Part shown: positions 26,101-35,800 of the stretch, one piece after another
Layout of the letters: the number at the start of each line of letters is the position of its first letter
Numbering within the stretch: position 1 is the first letter of the stretch
Source of the DNA: Hormiphora californensis
Lineage: Eukaryota; Animalia; Ctenophora
Reading direction: 5' to 3'
Assembly (NCBI GenBank): GCA_020137815.1
Contig: CM035353.1
Coordinates: forward strand, 8,122,001-8,186,000
Length of the DNA stretch: 64,000 nucleotides
Position numbers and translations under genes: made by a program
The notes under the pieces: model-generated
Database searches by the model: none
Seen by the model: the letters and a program-made list of their open reading frames with translations, nothing else
Told to the model about the DNA's origin: nothing

Positions 26101-29100
26101 CCAGGAGCACGTGTCGCCAGGTGACCAATCCCAGCACCGCACCCGGCCCACGTAATTGGGCCATGGTAGAGCTGAAATCTTTCACGAAACCAGTTCAAAA
26201 TGATCATAGGAGCTCATTCTAGGGGTAACCTTTTTGAAAATTGGATTTGATTGATGAGTTGGAAAAAATAGCACACCCTACAGGGCATACGACATAGACA
26301 CTTTATCTTGTAAACAACATAATTCCCTACACATCTGTCCCACGTACAGCATCCTCAACACAACTTCATGTTTGCAACCTGATAGCATTGAATGTCAACA
26401 CCGAATCTCCACTTGTCCCTTTATGTGTACATATGAGCTTCTCCCTCAAGGCATTCTATTTCGTGATAATATGGGTAATCAAGCCTATTCTATCGACGAG
26501 ATTGGAATTATAAAACCTATCCCTACTCCAATCTCTAAGACAGCTTTTCTCAAGTGGAACAACATTAAGGCAGCCCAAGTGTGCAGAACACACATTGAGT
26601 CACCATACTTTGATTCCGACCCTATTAGCTTAAATAACTATAGGTTCCCTCACAACTACCAATTAACTTCATCACAAATCACTGAACAAATCACATCCCT
26701 CTGTAATCGAGTAAATAAAACAGCTGAACAATTGTTATTACCTTTACTTGAATCGCTTGATAAACCTGTCCCTGCCCCTCGAATTATACCTACATGGTTA
26801 TTGATAATTTCTATTACTTTCTTATCTTTAGTTATCATTGCCACTACTTTTATCATAATATTTTTAGCGAGACATCATAAACTTAGTCTCCACCATGTCC
26901 GTGAATCACTTAACTTTTGTTGTAAATGCTTCAAGAGACAGGAGCAACACGATCCCTCCATACCTTTGAGAACGATCCCCAAAAACCCTATCTATGACAC
27001 ACCACACATTTACCCTTGTCTACGACCCCCCTCACAAACCAATTCCAATCTTGTTTAGATTAGAATCATACACCCTGCTACTAACCCATCTCACGTATCC
27101 CTGTAGACCCCATTTCCACCTTAACCCTACTCCACCCTACTCTACCCTACTCCACCCTACTCCACCCTAGTTGTTTTCCAGTAGCAACATATTTCATATT
27201 TATCTTATTTATAGCGTTGTACACGTCAGGTAAATCCCTCTAATTGCCCCTTGATAACTAACTGTGACTTAATTTTGTAGCAAGTCAATCGGTGCAGTAG
27301 TCCCGCTTTACGATACCGTCATGTCCAATCCGGAGGACAAAGACGAAATGGAGGTCTCCGAGATGGAGGAAAAAACCCTACTACAAACAGAAAACCCTAC
27401 TTCAACCACGCAACAAACCCTACTACAAATAGAAAACCCTACTACAACCCTACAACAACCCTCCTACAACCATTCTATAGCATCCCAACAAGAACCTAAC
27501 CCTATTAATAACCCTCTTGCACCGTCATTAGCCCCTATCAACCCTCTACAAACACCCACTATCCCAAACACTATCCCTCACAGCATCTCGAATCCCTTGA
27601 AACACCTCCTAGAGGTTGGTTGGTCCAATGTCCCGGAAAGAGAGTATATAACCCTTAAACAAGCAATTCATCTCGAAATGTTGTACCTTCCTGAAGAACA
27701 ACTATCCCTAAAACACGACCCTTACCTTCATATTTATGACTTTATTAGCAACTTAACCCACTTTGGTTTCCACCACGCCTGGAAATCGGCTATCTGGATA
27801 CTGGAAGCAGAGAGAACAGCACTTAATCTCCATAATCTCTCATATCCCTCTAACCAAATACAGGACCCTAAATCCCTACCTTTCAAAATACGAGAATATA
27901 CCCTTGATCAATCACTAGTAACGGCAATGAAAACCCACTTAGAATCCCAACACAAAATCCCTCTGCCCATCCCTGTTAACATCCCTCACCCAGATGAGGA
28001 AGACTCTATGAGAATTCATCTACAAACCCTGATGAATAAACAGATAGAGGTCAGACAAAAGCTCCTTAACCTTGAGACCCAAATGAAGCACCTCAAATCT
28101 CAAGAATCCTTTATAGAACAAGCCATTAAAGACTTGAGAAACCCACCAACCCTCGAACCCTCTAACCCCATCAGCTTTTCAGGAGCAGTAGCTGGACCTT
28201 CTAACATTGCCCAGACTAAACCCCCAACTGCTTCCAGTCAGGGTGATAAGTCAATGAGATCCCTTGACACCTATACCAACCCTGCTACTCTAAACCCTTT
28301 TTCAAGCCTATATCAGGGTCAAGGAAGACATAACCCATCCCCTAACAGCTCTTCCCTAGGTTCGGGGAAAACCCCATTGTATACTAACAATAGATCCTCA
28401 GAGTCTTCTCAAAGTAACCCTGAAAGAGAAAACCATTACCCTAAAACCCCTAAATCCTATATGGTCCCAAAGTCCCAAAATCCCAAAGTCCCTGAACATA
28501 AACCCGAACGTGAACATCCCTACAGGCCCCGAATCAGATCATTCCCTAGCCCTTTTAACCACGCTACCCCAACATTCGAAAATGGGAAAACAGACGTGGA
28601 AGGTAACCTCAGAGTAATCTCTGAGGAAATCTACAAAATCCCTATCCCTAAACACGTGTCCGGTGGATTGAACCACCGGGTAAAACTTACCAATCCAGAC
28701 GTCGATAAAACTTCTGAACTCAAATCCCTGATCCCAACTGTCCTATGTGGTCAATGGGGTAATACCCTTGACGTTTCTTTCGACCCTAAAATGATCCCTC
28801 AATCCCAAGCTAACGTTTTGAAAGAACATGTCCAAGAAGACTTATCCAAAATCCTTACTTACCCCACTAACACCCAAAGTGACCTTATTAACCTTATCAC
28901 TAGAGCACGATACGTGCTTCATTTTTTTTGAACGAGAGTTCATTAAAGAAGAATCCCTATTTTCCGTCATGACCGACATTTTATCCCACTTTCCCCAAAA
29001 AGTCGATCGTCAAATGATTAAAAAAGACCTTCGAGCCCTAATAATATCCCGATTCCGGTACGCTATAAATATTTGTACCGTGACCCTAGAAGAGCAGAAG

Positions 29101-29772
29101 AGGTTGTGTCCCTCATCCCTTCAGGAAAAGACCAAACTGCTCTTGCCCATCTGGAAGGCATGCTATCCCTTGTTTAACATTAACAAAACCGGTCAATAAT
29201 CCCTCTAGACCCTTGCAATATCCCTAGTAGTCCCTAACCATCCCAAATTATAGATTAGAATTGAACTAACCCATTTCAGCATTATCTAATATTCCCCTGG
29301 TTAGCACTCCATTGATCTATTGGTCCTGGTATCCCCTGGTGACCTTCTATCCCGTCTCGCTCTCCGTACTCACCAAGAACGATTGATGTATGGACAATTA
29401 ATATCTAAAATTATAATGAGTGTGAATCAAGGACATTTTTTTTAAATTTTTTTGATTAAAAGAAGGATTTGTTACATATTCATTATCACTCTCTCCTCTA
29501 ATATTCCCATATTCCCCTTTGACATTTACCGACAGCAACCCTTCATGACTTTATCGTCCCTGCTACATCACTTCTCTGGTTTACCAAATTCATGCGTATA
29601 TCGTCCTCATTTATACCACGTTATCTTGAGAGTTTATATATCTTTGTTATTGTCTATTATTATACCTTTTATTATTTACCGTTCTGAGTTCCCTCAAATC
29701 GGCCCTATATCTGAGCATTCTTACATTTGTTCCGATACCTGCTATTCACCCTCATCCCTACCGGGCGCATAT

Positions 29773-29825
<53 letters not shown>

Positions 29826-29837
29826 TAGGGAGAGAGA

Positions 29838-29894
<57 letters not shown>

Positions 29895-32800
29895 AGAGAG
29901 AGAGAGGGAGAGAGAGAGAGAGGGAGAGAGAGAGAGAGAGAGATAGAGAGGCAATGTGATAGGCAACTGAGCTGTGTTCTGATCATTGATCTTCATCAAA
30001 TACAACTAGATCTCTCCATTCTCTTGTATGTATCTCACTCAAGAAGTTGGAGTGTTCAAATTAATGGTTCTGTCTTTCATAGAGCCGGGAGCCTTCCACA
30101 AAGCTCAAAACTAGAGTAGTCGGTGACATTTGGTGACTCTCTGTCTGTCTCTCACCTTGATTTTCGTATTATTGTATTCAAACTTTTCAACACTACTTTA
30201 AACAAATTAATTTGAGGATCCGTTTTGCTGCCCCTCGCTAATCCTTCTGAGACTTCTGTTTATCCCTCTCCTTCAAGAAAAGACAAGAGAAGACGTGTCT
30301 GGTTTTTCTAAGTAAACAGATCTCAGAGGACCTCGTTGGGTTATAACCAAGGACGCCAAGACTTGCTAGGAACGGTTCCTCGCGCCTCTATTTACAGGAC
30401 AGGATGTCGGGTGTGGCTACCCATGATGTTATTATGTGCAAGACAGATATGGAAGGTAAGTTGCTCGCCGCGAGCTACTCTGATAGATGTAAGGGTGCCA
30501 GTATAGCACAGAGCATCAAGGATGATGCAGCGGAAGCTCCAAGTGGGACAACGAAACCGATTTTATGGACAGTGATCAAAGAACTGTACTTCTTTGTTAC
30601 CAGATACCAGGCGCATCTCTACCCACTCGTCGGAATCTGTATCTTCATTCACAGCAGGCGATTTACAGGAAACATTGGAAAAGCTGAAGGAGGATCTTTT
30701 GAGCACGCTTCCGGATCTAGTCGCTCCCAAGGTTAGCAAGATCCTTGCTCCCAACGGTCAATTGGCTACTCCTCCCGTGACTCGTATGGACTCGTTTCAG
30801 GGAACTACAACACCAGTGACTCCAATTAAGCGGTATCTGACGATCAAGGATAAAGGTGAGGAAGGACCTATGTGTGAGAAGAAGTGGACCACTGTCGTGA
30901 AGACAAAGGTGGAGAAAGCATTGAATAAGATTCCAGTCCTGGATCTTTCAGTCACCAAGAGGAGGACAAATCTTATGTTTGAGACTGATGAACAGTTGGA
31001 ACAGGCGAAAGAGGTTCTATCTCCGTTCCTTGATGTTTCTCCCGTAGTGGAGAAGGAGAAGAAAAGAGATCCTCGCATCATGATCAATGATCTTGACATG
31101 GACTTGCTGGATAAAGATCGCCTTCTATCCGAGATTGTCAGTGATAAGAATGAGTCGGTGAAGAGACTGGTTGAAGGAGAGTCACCTGGTGAAGGTGGTC
31201 CATGTGAACAGAACAGGAAGATATGCAGTAATCCAGGTCTCTCCAGAAGTGAGGAAGGCGATATCAGACAGGAATGACAAACTATTCCTGAAACTTCGAC
31301 AGCATTCAGTGAGGAACAGGTTTTATGTCACGCAGTGTTTTCACTGCCAGCGCTTTGGCCATGTAGCAGGATCCATCTACTGCCCAAACAAGGATAAATC
31401 TGCGGTTTGTGCCTTCTGTACAGGAGATCATGACACTAGGAGTTGCCAAGCCAAGAAGGATAATGTATTGAGCAGGATGAAGTGTGTCAACTGTGACCAT
31501 GGAGGAAGCAGAGAGGACAAGCGTCATGCTCAAAGCCATCCAGCCTCCAGCAGTATGTGTCCATTCTATGTTAATGCTAAAGGAAGACTCATGGAGAGTA
31601 CCAGTGGAGTAACGAAACAGGAAAAAAACATGTACCTGACGAGGGCATGGGAGGATCTGAGAGGAAAACGTCTTGGAGGATTGGCACACTAAACGTCCAC
31701 TCTATTATGAATAAGACGTCAGGTGTAATCACTCACTTAGAGGAAAAAGGATGTGACATTTGCTTGGTACAAGAGACTTACCTGAAACATAGTGACACGG
31801 CCAAACTGCAGGAGATCAGAGACTACGGATGGAATATCTTCTCCTCGCCTAGAGCGGAACGTTCAGGAGGTGGAATAGGAATCTTGTACAGGGATGGTAT
31901 CAAGTTGAAGTACACTCCGGTGAAAGCCAAGTTTAAGTCGTTTCAAGTCCAAGAAGCCCTTATTGGAGGGGGACAAGATGTAACGAGGCTGTGCAATGTC
32001 TATAGACCTCCGTACACGGGCAAGGCACGGTTTACGGAAGCGCAGTTCTTGGAAGAGTTTACAGATTATCTGTCAGAATTGGTCTGTAAAACGGGGAACC
32101 CTATCCTGATGGGTGATTTTAACTTCCAGGTTCATGAAACTCAGAACTTCTATGCAAAGAAGTTGCTTGGACTTCTTGACTCTCTTGGATTTGAACAAAG
32201 GGTCCCACTGCAACCTACTCATATTCGTGGTGGTACTCTGGATCTCCTACTCTGTCAGAAAAACAGACATTCTAAGGTTCAATCGGTGGAAATTTTTCCA
32301 GATGGAACGACCTCGGATCATTTCCTTGTTTTAGCGGAGCTGTGTATTGAAACTGTGGGAAGTGAATACAGGACTCGTGAAAAAGTGGATACTTACAGGG
32401 ACTTCAAGGCTGTTGATATCGAACTACTTCGGTGTGCTTTTAGGAGTGTGGATTGGAGTGAGGCGATGGAATCTGGTTCAGCTGAGGAGGTTTTGTGTAT
32501 TTATATGAGGAAACTTGAGGAACTTGTGGATAGGACTGTCCCGTTGAAGAGGAGAAAGAAGAGAGGAGCTAAGCTGAGGCCATGGAGAGATAATCCAGAG
32601 GTGCGTAAAGTTCTTCGTCAGCGGCGGAATGCTGAGCGAGCCTGGGAGAACAATAAAACCAGCGTCACGAAGAAGCAGTTCAATGAACTCAAGAGGCAGT
32701 TTGGGCGTGTTGACAAGGAAGCGAGGACGAACTATGTCAAGGAAGACTTGGAGGAGTCCAGAGATGACCCCAAAGCACTTCAAAGGAAGCTGAACCGCCT

Positions 32801-35800
32801 ACTCGGAAATAACGAAACCTTCATGCCTGAAACCACAGATAAGCAGAGGCTAGCGGATGACTTTGCGGACTTCTTTGTTGGAAAAGTTGATAGGATCCGG
32901 TCTACTGTTATTGGAGGGAAGAACCTGAGGACTAAGAGGAACCCTATTCATCAGACACCCGTCTGTTGTTTTGAGGAATTCGAGGAAGTTTCCCCAGAGA
33001 AACTAAAGAGGATAATCAAAGACATGCCAGACAAGACATGTGATCTTGACCCTATACCAACATGGTTAGTGAAGGGTTGTGTGCATGAGCTAACTCCAGT
33101 CTTATGTAGGTTTATAAACCTATCTCTTGGATGTTCCAGTGTTCCTGAACTTCTACAGCAAGCTTTGGTGTTTCCAACGATTAAGAACCCTCATGGCGAT
33201 AAGAACGCTTTGTCCAATTATCGACCAGTCTCCAACCTATCTTTTGTCTCCAAGCTTCTTGAAAAGATAGTTCTAGAGCAGCTCAACTCGTATCTTAATG
33301 AGAACGAGTTACTGAATAAGCATCAATCAGGTTATAGGGTGGGTCATAGCTGTGAAACCCTACTGATGGGTATGTTTGATGATCTCCTACGGGATCTGGA
33401 TGAAGGAATGGTCACTGGCCTCTTTCTGTTGGATATGAGCGCCGCCTTTGATACAGTCGACCATGGAAAGCTGCTAGATGTTCTAGAAGGACGGTTTGGA
33501 GTAAAGGGTTCTGTCTTGGATTGGTTCGCCAACTATCTACAAATGAGGACTTATCGTGTAAACGTGGAAGGGGATCTCTCGAGGATCGTCTCTCTGATAT
33601 GTGGAGTTCCGCAGGGTTCACTGCTTGGACCTGTGCTGTTTTTACTGTATGTGGAGGAACTGCAGGATTTGGTTAAAGCTTATGGCTTGAGGATTAAGTT
33701 ATATGCGGATGACTCGCAGTTGTACCAACTGATGAGGAGAATTGGAAGATTGCGAAGGAGAGGATTGAGGAATGTTTGTCAAGTGTGAAAGCTTGGATGA
33801 GTGAGCACTGGCTACAGTGCAACGAGGCAAAGACTGAATTCCTGCTGCTAGGCAAAAACAGTGCCCTGGATAAGATGGTCTATCGGCCCACTGTGGACTT
33901 TGGTGGAGTGGAGATAAGCCCAGTGGACTTTACGGGGAGTGCAGGGAAAACACTCGGCGTGTTCCTTGATAGCAACCTCTCAATGGAGAGGCAAATCAAC
34001 AGTGTTAAGAGGCAATGTGGTTTGTTGTTGAAGAATCTATGGCAGGTAAACCGGTGTCTAGATAGATCGACGAAGATACTCCTTGTTAAGCAGCTCATCA
34101 TTTCAAGACTGGATTATTGTAATATCCTTTACCATGGCTTACCTAAGAAGCTTCTCAACAGCCTTCAGAGAGTCTTGAACTCGTGTGTCAGATTTGTTTA
34201 TGGCCTATACGGTCACCAAGACACCTACATGCCATACTTGAAAGAATTGCATGTTCTTCCTGTGGAACAACGAGTCACGTTCAAAGCATGCCTTATGGCG
34301 TACAAGATTGTACATGGATTGGCCCCTGGCTACCTGCAAGATCAGGTCCCTGTTGATGATGGACTTCATGTGATCCGGGCTACTAGAGGAAACGCTTGGC
34401 CTGATGGCCTCAAGCTGAAGTACCCTAAGCTATCAAGTGTCAATGCGACTTCCAAGTTGAGAAGAAGACGTCCGTCGGTTTACCTGCCTGAAGTCTGGAA
34501 TAAGCTTGAGTTAAAGCTTGATCTGAGAGCTGTTGAGTCTGTGGAATCTTTTAAGTCTAAGCTCAAGACTAGTCTTTTCACTGAGGCATTTGGTGAGACT
34601 GGACTGTCCTGTTAAGACTCTCCTTCTTGCTGAGGTATGTGCTCTAGCTGGTACCCGCTTTTAATTATTTTTCTGTATTTTAGCTCGTGGCGAGCAGAAG
34701 TGTGAAGCATAAGCTGGATTTTTTCATAGCACGAGTGTTTTTCTGTGTTTCCTATCTACGGACTTTTATATCAATATTTTTTAGAGTTCCAGGACTCTAA
34801 CTCAGTCTGTTATGTAATCAGTCACCGATAGTTATGTGAGCCGATAGTAATGTGAGCCGGTGTTTTTTTTCTTTATTAATTTTTGTTCTATTAGGGATGA
34901 GTTGTCAAGGTCTTACTAGTATATTAACCGTTCAGATTATCCTTCAGTGACAGCATCAGTTTCGCTGCTCTGTCCCTGTCGGATATGGGCGGAATATAAA
35001 CATAGTTATTATTATTATTATTATAACGAAGCAGGCGTTGCAGCACCACTGTAACACCCACTTTCTCACCCTGGTTTTCGTAGTGAAACACTGGAGGCTA
35101 GAAATAACCAACCTAATTTGTTTAGTGATATGTGTGTTAACATGATACGTCTCCTTCTCTTCACAGCTGCATTATGCGGAACAGTTGTTCTCACAGGTTA
35201 GTCGCAAATATATTACTTTGTACAATTTCATTTACAAAATGTGTGTCGTGTGATAGATGTTGATACTAAATACTAATTATGTTGACTAATAATATCTGTT
35301 GCATTTCAGACTGGACAGCTGTAGAGCGGAAGGTGAATATACCCTGGGACCTGGAGAATAAACCTCTCCAGATAAAGACGGACTCTACAGTAGGCAGTGA
35401 TGAACATATCATTGTGTATGTGAACGACAAGGACAGCAACCATATTAGTGGGGTGGGTGTGAAGTTTGCCTCCCCTGTGTCGTATTTTATAGGGAACTGT
35501 GCTGATAGCTACCCAGTTCTGCCAGTACAGCCACCAGTTGAAGTGGCGAAGCTCTGGACGTTTACCAAAACAGAGACCGCCTGGATCATCACATGTAATG
35601 ATGTTGAGTTGGTGAACTTGCTGTTCGCTCAAAGTTCACAAACCAATTGTGCCGCAACGTGGGGAGGCAATATTGTGGAGGAGATCCATTTCCCAAATGG
35701 TGACAAAGCATCTGACTTCTACAGAGGTAATGCTCCAAATTTATATAAGAGCACATACTGGAACCAGTCTTAAATCTAAGTTATTCCATTTAGGACCAGT

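Larger units (their letters stand above)
17192..26280 (+). mobile_element. hAT-superfamily (hATm-like) DNA transposon inserted in env
   Basis: 8-bp TSD CAGGGCAT (17184-17191, 26281-26288); termini TAG...CTA with imperfect TIRs (TAG.n.GTGCTA..TTTTTTCC..CTCATCA.TCAAA..AAAA.GTTACCCCT); internal transposase exons. Confidence 0.9.
8836..29776 (+). mobile_element. Ty3/Gypsy (Metaviridae) LTR retroelement with env and an accessory ORF; ~11.8 kb after removing the nested hAT
   Basis: Two 307-bp LTRs (TGTTA...TAACA), 4-bp TSD AGAG (8832-8835, 29777-29780), PBS, PPT, gag, pol in PR-RT-RH-IN order, env-like ORF. Confidence 0.97.
30100..35024 (+). mobile_element. Near full-length L2/Crack-like non-LTR retrotransposon, frameshifted
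   Basis: ORF1 + ORF2, 3' UTR stem-loop and (TTA)n tail at 35007-35024; 5' end approximate; no TSD seen. Confidence 0.9.

Noticed and set aside
17184-26288. 9-bp TSD (ACAGGGCAT) suggesting a Mutator element
   Set aside because: The extra A belongs to the terminal CTA matching the left TAG; transposase motifs are hATm-like, and the 8-bp TSD fits hAT
29452-30005. ER/SL-repeat ORFs and the ORF inside the LTR (also 8911-9192)
   Set aside because: Produced by the AG microsatellite and pyrimidine-rich LTR sequence; no coding evidence
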